DNA of 64,000 bases from Octopus vulgaris. Taxonomy: Eukaryota. The position numbers and the translations under genes were made by a program. A model generated the notes under the pieces. The model saw nothing but the letters and a program-made list of their open reading frames with translations. It did no database searches and was not told the origin of the DNA. Each line of letters starts with the position of its first letter. Position 1 is the stretch's first letter. This document shows positions 51,366 to 64,000 of the stretch, piece by piece. Location: the NCBI GenBank assembly GCA_951406725.2, contig OX597829.1, positions 28,210,001-28,274,000 on the forward strand, read 5' to 3'.

Positions 51366-52613
51366 CTTCATTAATAATTAAAATGAAACCATGGTAAAAC
51401 ACATGATACACATGAATATACAGTATAATGCAGCAATTAGATATAATAAAGGGATATTGGAATAGAATTCTTATAATAGTTAAAAAAGAAAAGAAATGAC
51501 CCAATGTAGAAAGGGATGTATTGAAGAGGTTGTACATAATGATGAAAATACTTTGACAAACATAATTGATTGATTGATTAACCAAACAATTAAACATTGC
51601 TTAGTTAATTGGTTAAATAGTTAACTAATAATGAATAAGGAGTGAAATATAACAAGTTCATGTGTTTATCATTAGCATAACAACCTTCCCAAGTTACAAA
51701 AAAAACAAAAAAAACGCTGGTCAACAAAAAATGTTTAAGAATAATTTTAAAACAAACCAAAACATTAATTTGGTTAATTAGAAAGTAAAGTGCCTTGTTA
51801 CAAGGTCACAATGCAAGAGGCATGTTGTGTCTTTGGGCAAGGCACTCTACTTCCCACTAACCTTGTCCACTCAGCTGGTAAAAGTTGAGTATTAAGCTGC
51901 CAGAGTGCCTTGTCTGTGTCAAGTTAACATGGTGGCATTAATGACTCACTGGTGTAACCAAAAGCTTTGAGGTATAAAGAGGGACACATCCAGCAATGGA
52001 TTGCTGTATCTTATTTTCTTTTCTAATGTTTCAGTTATTGGACTGCAGCCATGCTTGGACACCATCTTGAAGGGTTTTGTTGAACAAATTGAATCCAGTG
52101 CTTATTTTTAAGTCTTGTACTTATTATATTGATCTCTTTTGCCAAACTGCAAAGTTATGGGAACATAAGCAAATCAACACTGATTCACACACACACATGT
52201 ATACATATACATGCAAATATATAAACATATACATGTATGTAAAAAGGAGGAATATGAGTTATACTATTGAATAGTCAGTCCTGTCCAAGGCCCCCTACTT
52301 TAATGCTAATTTATACAGATGTAGATTATGCCTAAGGGAATTGTACTTGATTCTTAAATATTTTGGACCAAAACTCCTTAATAAATTTTGTGATGTGGTC
52401 CCTTTTTGTAACCATAGGTTTTTCTTAACCTTCTTGAATAAATACAAAAATAAAAAATAAGGGTAAAATTAATACTAGATGTTTCAGAAGACCACCTGAG
52501 TCTCAATCTACAATTGAAACTGAGTAAAGCTTCTAGCAAATTCTTTATCTTTGAAACGGACAATGGACTAATCCTTGCTTGAATCCACTGAATTCTTATT
52601 TTAACTTTTAGTT

Positions 52614-52704
52614 TTCTCCTGATGAAAAAGTGCTGCTGTTGGGTTTCCTTAATGAATTGTACGTTAACGATGTGAAGCAGCAACCTTTGAAACAATCGTA
52701 GAAA
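52614..52704 (+). ncRNA. Type I hammerhead ribozyme motif (antisense within an ILK intron)
   Basis: TTCTC-CTGATGA(52619)-AAAAGTGCTGCT...AGCAGCAACCTTT-GAAA(52689)-CAATCG-TA^GAAA. Confidence 0.6.
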
Positions 52705-53217
52705 TGGGCTTGAATGGACTCTGTTCTGGTTTCCTTACACTTTATTTTTTAATATTTATACTCTTGTATTTTTATATATTTACATTATTTTAGCTCCATT
52801 TCTTTAAATTTTTAGTCGCCTCTATTATGCATGAATTTATTCGGTATATATTTTTTCATTCAACTTCACTTGTATTACTTTTTTAGGTTTTATTACCTTT
52901 TATTTGTGTATATTTTATACTATTGGGTTTTACCATTGGGTGCCCTATTATTTTAATACATAATTATCGATTTTTGATAATTTGGGAATGATATAATGTT
53001 GTTTTAACCGATTGGAATGTTTATTCCTTATATCTTTCAATTTGTTTCTCCTTTTGTCTCAGTGTCACCTGAGCACTTTCAGCTGTAGTCCTATCTTTAT
53101 TATTTTTATTTTTGCTCTTCAGTTTAACGAAGTTATAAAAGTAAGCACGATGCTTTATGCAGTAACTAACACCCAACAGTAAATTAAAAATAAATGGGTA
53201 TAAGAGACATGTTTTAC

Positions 53218-53317
53218 CTTCTGGCGCCATCCATGCTGGTGAGTAAATCTTCCCCTTCTCGTGGAATGAGAAACGGTAATCTGCCATATTAATTCTTGCT
53301 GTAAGATCTTCGTCTAT
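53218..53317 (-). CDS. ILK: Integrin-linked kinase exon (pseudokinase activation segment)
   Basis: ttatag|ATA...GAAG|gtaaaa, 100 nt; [33 protein letters not shown]. No upstream exons recognised in the window. Confidence 0.95.
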
Positions 53318-55304
53318 CTATAAACAGATAAATACATTCAGGTATTAATACAAGTATACAACTTAGAACTATACCAGTCTCTAACCATCTGTTACGCTAC
53401 CCTCACACCCTTATGAAACTACCCACCCTCTTCTTTCTATCCCAAATCTACAGTCTATATCCTTTCTTATACCTATCTTCTTGTACCTTGAGAGTTTGCT
53501 CTGACACTCCATCACTGCCATTTTTATCTTCTTCATAACTACTACTATTCACCTTTATATAACATTTGCTAGCTATGTATGTCCTCTACAGAAAGAGACC
53601 ACTGCTTGTCCCTCCATCATACTTCAGCCTGTAACATAAAGTCACCACTTACTCCCAAATACTCCCCTATGACTTATCCATGGAGGCTTTTTTCTTCATT
53701 TTCCATTCTTTTTCTGTCTTGCAACATATTTGGCAATCTCACTAGTGCTGGTTGCATGAAAAATGCATCCAGTATGCACTGATCCTTTTCCCTTCCTCAC
53801 CATATTTCTGGTATTTACTGTAAGGACCCAAGAAGACTGAAATGGTGAGTTTACTTCAGCAGGATTTTGAACATGGAAATGAGGGGAATAACTTAACAAT
53901 CAAAAAGATGTTTAGTGTAAAACAGTAATCCTCAATATTTTTAGCTCAGCGGCCCTACTTCATAGAATAGCATCTAACAAATGTCCTTTTTCCATGCTTT
54001 ACAGAAAAACAAGGCGGATTTATTTAAACTGAAGCTGGTGGTGTATTTGTCTCATCCAATATGTCCCTCTTTTAGATATTTGTATAATTTGTGTAGTGTC
54101 CCCCTTTGTTAAATCATCAATCATATTTTCTGGTTACTGATAAACACAATTTCTAATTCATATTCTAATCTAAGATTCTTTAAAATATGCTTAGGATATA
54201 AATATTGTACTAAGTTTAAATATTTCATTTATAAGAAAAAAAAATTATAAAGCCTTCTAAACACCCAGTACACCCCTATGGAACCTTAGCCATTACTGTA
54301 TGAGCTCACCATCCACAACCAGATGTTACTACCAAAGTTAAAGATCCATTGGTCTAATGCATCCATTTGCTCTGTTATATTGTTGCTTATAACTGAATAT
54401 TATTCAATGGAATGATAGAATTTAACGTTTTAATGCTATGAGAAAGGGAAAGAGAGAACGAAATATATTGTGATGTGTCTAGTTTTCCTTCTACCTCTCC
54501 ATCTTCTTGGCCCATTATCCCTTGGAGGGTTGTGGGGGTAGAGTCCTCATGCACCTCCTTCATAGGATCCTATCAGAAGCAATGTCATTACACTTTCCAG
54601 CAGGATTCTTAAGTGTGACTCATAGAGCCCAAGAAAATTATCCAACCAACATGTTCTTGGTCTACCTCTAGGTCTCCTGCCAGTTGACTTGGCTTGAAGA
54701 ATCCGTTTTCTAATTCTTTCCTATGACATTCTAATCATAGTCCATAATACTGTAGCCAAAAAAATATATTTGGTCCATTTTATAGTAAAGCAGTCAGTTT
54801 ATTTAGTCAAGTCAAACTTGATTTAATAAACTGACTACAATATAAATATCTCATTGAAACCCATCTGCCTCAGTATACACACCTGTCATGGACTGAAATG
54901 ACATGGATAGTTGAGAAGCAAAATAACCACTACGGTCTAGTACCATAAACTCTACACCTGCATATACATGTATGATGGACTCTCCTTGTCATGGATGACA
55001 GATGAGGGTTCTGCAACATCTTGTAACAATCCGCATAGATGATTTGTTTAGAGGGATCAAATATTTAGCTCACTCCTTCCACCAAATCAATGTCGCCTGT
55101 ACAGATGTTTAGCATGTCACACGCCAGATGCCAAAAGTGAACACAGAGCAACTTGAAATGAAGTGTTTTGATCAACAACACAATACACTGCCTGGTCCAG
55201 GAACCAAAACCATAACTTTATGATCAGGAGTGCCACACTCTAACAACTAAGACATGTATCATCACACATGTAAGTATGTATATGTATATACATACATATA
55301 TATC

Positions 55305-55660
55305 ATCATCATCATTATCATCATTTAACGTCCGTTTTCTATGCAGGCATGGGTTGGATGGTTCGACTGGGATCTGGGAAGCCAGAAGGCTGCACCAGGC
55401 TCCAGTCTGATCTGGCAGTGTTTCTACAGCTGGATTCCCTTCCTAACGCCAACCACTCCAAGAGTGTAGTGGGTGCTTTTTTATGTGCCACCAGCACAGG
55501 GGCCTGAGGGGGTTGGTATAGACCACAATTGGATGGTGCTTTTTACGTGCCACTGGCACAGAAGCCAGTCAAGGCAGCACTGGCATTGGCCACATTTGGG
55601 TGGTGCTTTTTACGTGCAACCGGCATGGAGATCACAACTACAATTTCCATTTGAATGTAA
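55305..55660 (-). mobile_element. RTE-type 3' tail with three tandem units
   Basis: Reverse-complement relative of 26773-27095. Confidence 0.75.
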
Positions 55661-55669
55661 TTTGATTTG

Positions 55670-55714
<45 letters not shown>

Positions 55715-56770
55715 ACACACACAGAGTTCAATCTTACTTCATAGTACCTTGGACAAATGTCTTCTACAATAACTTTAAGCGGTAGAATTGCTATATATAA
55801 GCTATGTATTTTTCTTTGAAACCTATTGTTATTGAACATTACCATTATTGCCTTTCCAAAAGTTTCAAAGAAATTTTTCACTGTGACCCAGGCACACCTA
55901 TCTGCACAACAGTGCTTTGCTCCTGGAACATCAAGTGCAGTTCACTGTGGGGCATCATTTCACTCCAACCCCAAATTCACTGGATCATGTAGCATCACTA
56001 TTATTGTCAATATCTAGTCTCAGATCCCCACCTACTTTGTCTTGTGAACTTATGAAACTGGATCTTTCAATTGTGTCCATCATACTTTTTATCCAGATAC
56101 TACATTAGCTGTGATTATCTAACATTTTGAGAGACAACCTCTTACAGGTCTGGTGGATTTTTACACTTGGTTATTATTTTACCATTACTATTGTCATTCT
56201 TTTCGCATTTACAAAAACTGAAAATTAATTTCAAAAACACATTAGATATTTCTGCTGCTAAATACTAAAAGATAAACAGCACAAAAAAAAAAAGCATATG
56301 CACAGTCTGGTGACAGGATCCTGCTGAGAAATGCAAACTAAAAAAATAATAACAATAATAATAAAAGCCAACTGCAACATTCAACAGCAATCTGGGTAGA
56401 TTTTTTTTTTTTTCTGACAGCTAAATGCCAGGATCGTTTCTCTCAAAAGGACTACATGCTGTGTAAGAAAGACTCTACGGAATACTATAACAAGTCTCTT
56501 AATACCTATATTTATCAGCAAAGCAATACATGCTAGAAAATAAAATAAATTTTCTATTTATTTATATATTTTCTTTGCACTCTACAACTTTCCAAGTTAA
56601 TTACTAAACTATTATAATCAATTTCTGAGTTGTATTTTTTCAGCAAGTGATTTGATCTTGAGACCATTAGTTCAAGCTAAAAACAATTGCAACAAGCTAG
56701 TAGGGTCATAATAACTATTTAAATTATACATACACTGTTATATTCTATTTTGTTTTACTGGTGTGTGACA

Positions 56771-56811
<41 letters not shown>

Positions 56812-56816
<5 letters not shown>

Positions 56817-57652
56817 CCTGATGAATACCCAGACTGTTGCCATGGTAATGAATCTAAAGCACAGAGTGAAGCTGCTTGGCACAGATTGATCTTGAACTCT
56901 GGTGTGCATGTGCATTAAGTTTTAATGTTCTAGTTCACTTCCACTGTTTACAACAGTGCTTGGAAGAAAAGTGGGTAGTGTATTATTGTCGCATTGACCA
57001 TGACAGAGAAAGTTAAGCAGAGAATCTGCATCAAATTTTACCAAAAGCTTGGCGATACCTGCTCAGAGGCCTACGCAAAGTTTTCATCTTTCTTGACACA
57101 ATCAAGATCTTTTGCAACTGAAACCCAAGTATCCTTTTGGTCAGCTGAAAGCAGTTTTGGCACAAGCTTGGTAGACATGTGCTTCATACCCAAATCTTCA
57201 GTGATAATGGACTGAACTGTAACTAATTTGCACATCCTCTGATAACTCACAGCTGCACACACATCTGCAATGTTTTTCTCAGTTTTGTTGATTGTGGGTC
57301 TCCCAGAATGTTAGTCAATATCAACATTTTTTGGGCCATCTTGGAAACGTCTGAACCACTCGTATACGTGTATGTGGCTCATACACTCCTCTCCATCCAC
57401 CTTCTGCAACATTGCACAGGCCTCCGAGCAGGTATCGCCAGGACAACTTTCTCTGTCATGGTCAATGCAATGATCACCTGCTACACACCTTCCTTCTAAG
57501 CACTGCTGTAAACAGCAGAAGTGAGCTAGTATGTTAAAACTTAGTGCTCATGCACAGCACAGTTCAAGGTCAATCTGTGCCAAGTGGCTTCGCTCTACAT
57601 GCTTTAGCTGCGTTACTCTGGCGTCAGTCCAGACACTTATTGATCAGACCTC
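56812..57652. mobile_element. Mariner-derived foldback element with long inverted arms
   Basis: Arms of about 230-260 bp include the transposase start (MTEKVKQRICIKFYQKLGDTCSEAY). The interior has minus-strand transposase remnants (IITEDLGMKHMSTKLVPKLLS). Confidence 0.8.
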
Positions 57653-57930
57653 ATATATGTATACATGTGTATGTATTTGTGTATATATGTATGTGTGTGT
57701 ATGTGTGTGCATATCTATACACACACACACACACACACAAATATACACATAATCTTGAAGCTATAAGATGATACATAATTTCTTGTTCTTTTGTCATTTA
57801 TATAATCTTTTATTACACTGTACCTGACTAATGCTTTTTTTCTGAAGGGTATGTCATATTGGGTTCTAAGCCCAGGTTATTAGAATTGCTGAATATTAAA
57901 ATGAGCAAAACATTAATATATATATATTAA

Positions 57931-58255
57931 GGTACAAGCTTGGCTGTGTGGTAAGAAACTTGCTTCCCAACTACATGGTTCCAGGTTCAGTCCCACTGCA
58001 TGACACCTTGGGCAATTGTCTTCTACTATAACCTCAGGCCAACCAAAGCCTTGTGAGTAGATTTGGTAGACAGAAACTGAAAGATTTGCCTGTGTTCGTC
58101 CACCCACCATTGTTTGACGTCCCCATAACTTGGTTCGGCAAAAGAGACCGATAGAATAAGTATTAGGCTTACAAAGAATAAGTCCTGGAGTCGATTTGTT
58201 CAACTAAAGGCAGTGATCCACATGGCCACAGTCAAATGATTGAAACAAGTAAAAG
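57931..58255 (+). mobile_element. tRNA-headed SINE, family A
   Basis: Matches 6284-6669 with internal deletions. Confidence 0.8.
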
Positions 58256-58864
58256 AATACAAACACACACACCAACATACACATCAAATATCAAATACCA
58301 AAGTCTAATTAGTGAACCAAAATAGTAACTCGGTTAAACAAATTTAAATTAAGATACATATAGGCAGACATTGAAGTATGAAGCCTGACACATGTTTTTT
58401 CCTGAAGTAAGATATTACCAAAATAAAAAAAATATGCCTTTGCCTTCATAAGAGGATAAGGAAAAGCAAATAAATATGACAATTAAAAAATTATCTCAAG
58501 ATATGCAGGAAATAAGAAAATGATCCTAAACTACATGCTTAGTTTTTTTGCAATGCCATTTATAACCCATACCGACTTTGAATGAAATGTTTTGGCTCAT
58601 TTTGTAACTTACCATGTATTTTTTTTTTTTTTGCTATTTTTAGTTCATCCATTAGTCTGCCTATGTTATGCTCCCCTCATGAAAGTAATGATATATTTTT
58701 GACTCTGCCAATATCCAGATGTTAGAAATGCACATGTGTTGGACCTGTATCTGCCTGTATGCATTTTAATATATATAACCAAATATATATATATATATTT
58801 ATTACTGCATGAGATAATTAATAATACTGTGAACGAATTTTCTTTTTGACTGGTTCATTGAGTA

Positions 58865-59281
58865 CTTTACTCTCTTTTACTTGTTTCAGTCATTTGATTG
58901 TGGCCATGCTGGAGCACCGCCTTTAGTCAAGTAAATCAACCCCAGGACTTATTCTTTGTAAGCCTAGTACTTATTCTATCGGTCCCTTTTGTCGAACTGC
59001 TAAGTTATGGGGATCGGTCCCTTTTGTCGAACTGCTAAGTTATGGGGATGTAAACACACCAGCATCGGTTGTCGAGTGATGTGGGAGGAACTAACGCAGA
59101 CACACACATACATATATACAACAGGCTTCTTTCAGTTTCCATCTACCAAATCCACTTACAAGGCTTTGGTCAGCCCAAGGCTATAGTAGAAGACACTTCC
59201 CCAAGGTGCCATGCAGTGGGACTGAACCCAGAACCATGTGGTTGGTAAGCAAGCTACTTACCACACAGCCACTCCTGCGCC
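58865..59281 (-). mobile_element. tRNA-headed SINE, family A, with an internal ~35-bp tandem duplication
   Basis: Reverse complement of 20071-20448; ATCGGTCCCTTTTGTCGAACTGCTAAGTTATGGGG occurs twice near 58978-59048. Confidence 0.85.
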
Positions 59282-59360
59282 TAAATATTTTGCACATAAG
59301 ATATTTCTTGTTATCTTGAGGAATTTTATTTCAGAATTAATAAATCATACATACACACAG

Positions 59361-59413
<53 letters not shown>

Positions 59414-59852
59414 TGCGCGCGCATATATATATATAAATACATACATTATATTATTAGTACTGAATAGCAACCTCTACATCATAATTAATGTAGATATAGT
59501 GTAAGAATGCTATAGTACTGCAATAAACATATGAGATGTTCATTCACAGTATTATAGCATTTTAACAATACTTCTACATCAAATAGAATATAAAGATTGC
59601 TCCTTCTCTCCTTCTGTCTTTCTCTATATATCAGAATAAAGGGGATTTAGAAATCTGAGTATTTTCCTCAGTCAGTACTCCTGTGAATACTGGCTAACAG
59701 GGTGCTGCATAAAAGTGGATGGTTTCATTAAAGTTTCCATACAAACTGGAGTATAATACAGCAAGTCCAAGATTAGAGGTGTTGTTAATATAGTTATTCC
59801 ATTCTTGATCTTACTCTGTGTGTGTGTGTGTGTCTCTCTCTCTCTCTCTGTA

Positions 59853-60044
59853 TATATATAATTTACAAGATAAGGGCAGAAGAAAAATTCTAATGCCAAA
59901 TATGCTGAAACAAAAAATTGTCAATAACCATTATAATTTATGCGTTTTGAGACGCATAAATTATAATGGTTATCGACAATTTTTTGTTTCGGCATATTTG
60001 GCATTAGAATTTTTCTTCTGTCCTTATCTTGTAAATTATGTATA
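59853..60044. repeat. ~96-bp-arm near-perfect palindrome
   Basis: Symmetry centre at 59948/59949; about 5 mismatches, all transitions. Confidence 0.9.
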
Positions 60045-61025
60045 AATTTTACCTTTAAAGACATTTTTTGATATGCTGACCATTGATAAAATTTTTTTCC
60101 CGAAAATTTTTTTATCCTATATTAATTATATATATATATATATTTCGTTTTTGGATTTGGTTTGCAAGATTCTTCATACGAGTTTGTGTGTTCAGGCATA
60201 TTCTGTTGTGTCTGGGGAGAGTCATTTTCTTTTTGTGCCTTATAATTTATATATATGCATACACACATACCCACACATGCACACACAAACACACACAAGC
60301 ATAGCTGTGTAGTTGACCACATCGTCTTAGGTTCAGCTCCACTGCATGGTATCTTGGGCAAGAATCTTCTACTGTAATTCCAGGCCTTTTCAGTGAATTT
60401 GATGGCAATTCATAAAGGTCAAAGTGTGTGTGTATGAGTGTGTGTGTGTGTGTGTGTGTGTATTTGTGTCTGAGTGAGTGCTTACATTCTTCACTTCACA
60501 AGAAAAATCATTGTGCTGCAAACGAAATATACTGTCATTCTCTGAGAACAAATTATCTGCTAAAATTGTGCATTCAAAAGCATATGGAATATAAAAAAAT
60601 CCCTGACTTAAAAAAAACAAAACAAGAGTTATTTAACATGAAAGGCATCTGGCTATGAAACAATGTATTTGTTTAACCCATAGTAATGTAGAAAAATGGC
60701 TGTAAGATGAACACACACACACATTAATTATTTCCATATATTTATCTGAATAGAAGTGAATATGTGTATGCATGTGTTTTAAATGGCTAATATGATCTAC
60801 TAGATTGCAATTGTTTGATCAAAATGATATTTATTTTCATATTTTCAAATCATAGAATAACAGCAACAAGAAAAACAAAATGTTTTAACACAAAAATAAA
60901 ATAGAATTTAATAAAACTGTAAATTCTAAGCATCAACAAAAATAACAACAAATATAACAAAAATAATAAGAATAAATAATAATGATAATAATAATAATAA
61001 TAATAATAATGATAACAACAATAAC

Positions 61026-61076
<51 letters not shown>

Positions 61077-61539
61077 CTTTTCTATTATGGGCACAAGGCC
61101 TGAAATTTGAGGGGCAGGGGATGGTAGATCACACTGACTCCAGTACTTGACTGGTACTTAATTTATTGACCCTGAAAGGATGAAAGGCAAAGTTGACCTC
61201 GGTAGAATTTGAACTCAGAATGTAAGGACAGATGAAATGCTGGTAAGCATTTTGCTTGGCATGCTAATGAATCTGCCAGCTCACCACCTTAATTAATAAT
61301 AACAATTTTTTTTACTGTAGGTACAAGACCTGGAATTTTTGTGGGGAAGGATCTAGTCAATTACATTAACCCTGGTGCTCTAATGGTTCTTTTTTTACTG
61401 ACCCCAAAAGGATGAAAGGCTAAGTTGACCTCAGCAAGATTTGAACTTTGAACATCAAACAGTCAGAATAAATGTAATCTTGGCATTTTTCTGACATTCT
61501 AATGCTACCTCACCTTAGTAGTAGTAGTAGTAGTAGTAG

Positions 61540-61790
61540 ATAAAACATTTGTGGGCAATGAAAATGGCTAAGGTGGTCGCAATTGTTGTGAGCACTAGAA
61601 TTTTAGAAAATTGGGGACAACATCAGGGTACGGCACCTAGAGAAAACAACACTCCTTGGAACAGCTAGAGTACTTAGAAAAGTGCTTGACAATAAAAGAC
61701 AGCAAGCACCTCGGTCCATTGGTTGTGGACAGTAGGCACCAGTATTGCACCACAAGCAACAAATGCTGCGTGACAAGCAGAATAATAGTA
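61540..61790 (+). mobile_element. R4/Dong-like LINE 3' end relic
   Basis: LWAMKMAKVVAIVV...VRHLEKTTLLGTARVLRKVL; follows a (TAG)n tract. Confidence 0.6.
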
Positions 61791-62265
61791 ACTGTTTCCA
61801 ATTTAGGCAAAAGGCCAGTAATTTCGAAGTGATGGGGCTGGTTGATACCACTGACCCTAGCACTCAGTTACTACTTTATTTTACCAACCCTGGAAGGATC
61901 AGAGGCAAAGCTGACTTCAGTGAAATATGAACTCAGATTGTAAAGCACCCAAAGAAATCCAAGCAAGGCACTTTCTCTTGACAATTCTGCTAGACCACTA
62001 CTGTAGTAGAAGTAGTAGTAGTAGTAACAACAACAACAATAATAATAACAATCCTTTCTACTATAGGCACAAGGCCTGAAATTTGGGGGCTAATTGATTA
62101 CATCGACTCCAGTCAACCAAGGCAGAATTCGAACTCAGAAAGTAAGGATGGACGAAATGACACCAAGCATTTTGTCCGGAATCTTAACAATTCTGTTAGC
62201 TTGCTGCCTTAATAATAACGATAACAACAATAACAATAAGTATAACAATAATAATAATAATAATG

Positions 62266-62297
<32 letters not shown>

Positions 62298-62492
62298 CGA
62301 ATAGTAAAATTCAATAATAATGGTTTGTTGCACAGGTAAGAAACTGCAGACTTATAGGAAGTGGAGAAAGGGATGTTACAACATTCATGGCTTTTCCAAT
62401 AGCACCAGCAGAATAAACAAACTTGGAAAGGAAACTGCAATGTGAACTTTATTCATCAAGATTGTATTGCCACAACAAGATGCAAACAATAG

Positions 62493-62570
<78 letters not shown>

Positions 62571-62918
62571 CAACAACAACAACAACAGTAATATATACAA
62601 AAAAATGTAAACAACAACTGCACTGCACAAATTAAAACAAAACACAATAACAACAACAAAAAATATCATAAAATTGCAAAGTTAAAAATCAATAAAGCTG
62701 GATTGAAACAGCCCCAAAAAGGAAATAACAAAAACAAAAAGTTATCTTTCCCACACACACACATATGCACACAGTCACTAAGCTTTTAGCAATAAAGAAA
62801 ACCATAGGCAGTAGTGTAATCTGGGATAATAGTTGAAATTTAGAAGTCAGTCACTTCACACACTGCACAATACATTCACAGGAATACATATCACAGCAGA
62901 AATGTGAGTGTGTGTGTA

Positions 62919-62983
<65 letters not shown>

Positions 62984-63654
62984 GTATATATATGCATATA
63001 TAGATATATATGTATGTGTGTGTATGTATGTATGTATGTATATATATATATATTTATGTCAGGTCACTTTTGAGTGCTACTGGTAACATGTAACCCAGTA
63101 CAACCTGTTGCATGTTCGGGTCATTGGTGACTAAACCGGCAACCCCACCAAGCTTGCTTTGTGAGGAGGGTATTTATTGGACACCCTGCGGGATGAAAAA
63201 CAAAGCCCGTCAAAGGGCGGAGGAACTTTTGAGAGTCAACAGCCATCCTATAAATGTTTTAAGGATGTATCATGTGTGGGGACATAGAAATAATCGGACT
63301 GAATACCCGATCGTGCGGTTAAACCATTGGGAGTGAAGGACTCCTAGCCTTTGTTAGGGCATCCTTCTAGGAGAAGGTAACTCAGGTAACTGGGATAACT
63401 CCGACATAAAACCTGCGGCTCAGTGGTTACCAATGATGTTGACTTGTTCTTCTTTTCGGATTATGGCTGCTGTTGCTTAGTGAGTCGAATTGACTCAGTG
63501 CACAGCCTTTCCTCACTTTAAAAAAAAATCTTCTTGCACAGGCATTGCACAATAACAACATTAAGCTTCGTGCAATGGCCATACTTGATAACGAGGGGGC
63601 AGCCACCATATATATGCATATATAGATATATATGTGTATATGTATGTATGTATG

Positions 63655-63712
<58 letters not shown>

Positions 63713-64000
63713 TACATACATACATACATACACACATTGTGGTTCTCAATCACAACTGTTTGATCATGAAACTCTGAGAAGTGATATTTTTGTGATGTTT
63801 TTGCAGCTTTAATAAGTGTGTTTGAGTGTGTATCTGTGTGTATGTGTAAATACATATGCACGCACATATATACATACCAAATGTATATGCTAAGGGAGAA
63901 GGATATATAATTTTATAACAAGCCTTATAATAAAACAATTACAAAACATGTCATCATGCATAGAACAGAAATGACAGGTGGGGGACAGTATAACCATAAC

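Noticed and set aside
58605-58760. Possible upstream ILK exon (minus-strand ATG|gtaagt)
   Set aside because: Preceded by a poly-A run and stops; no similarity to the expected ARGMAFLH segment.

Overview
AT-rich, microsatellite- and SINE-dense eukaryotic DNA. The repeat families look like those of a coleoid cephalopod (Octopus-like); this is an inference. Two intron-containing genes converge. On the + strand, endonuclease V (ENDOV) has seven coding exons at 18928-30102; its first exon was not found. On the - strand lie the last three coding exons of integrin-linked kinase (ILK, 53317-50419), with a probable ~3 kb 3' UTR. The rest is layered mobile DNA: several tRNA-headed SINE families, RTE and R4/Dong-like LINE relics, a Naiad-type Penelope-like relic, a nested Helitron/mariner/Tc1 cluster at 36-47 kb, and hAT-, piggyBac- and pogo-like MITEs. 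Most striking is a ~450 bp head-to-head palindrome of a tRNA-headed element whose tail is a minimal hammerhead-ribozyme motif (34335-34787). Also notable are a second, near-intact hammerhead in an ILK intron, several long hairpins and inverted duplications, and ENDOV/ILK codons where A-to-I editing would restore the conserved residue. Nearly all ORFs in the supplied track are spurious.
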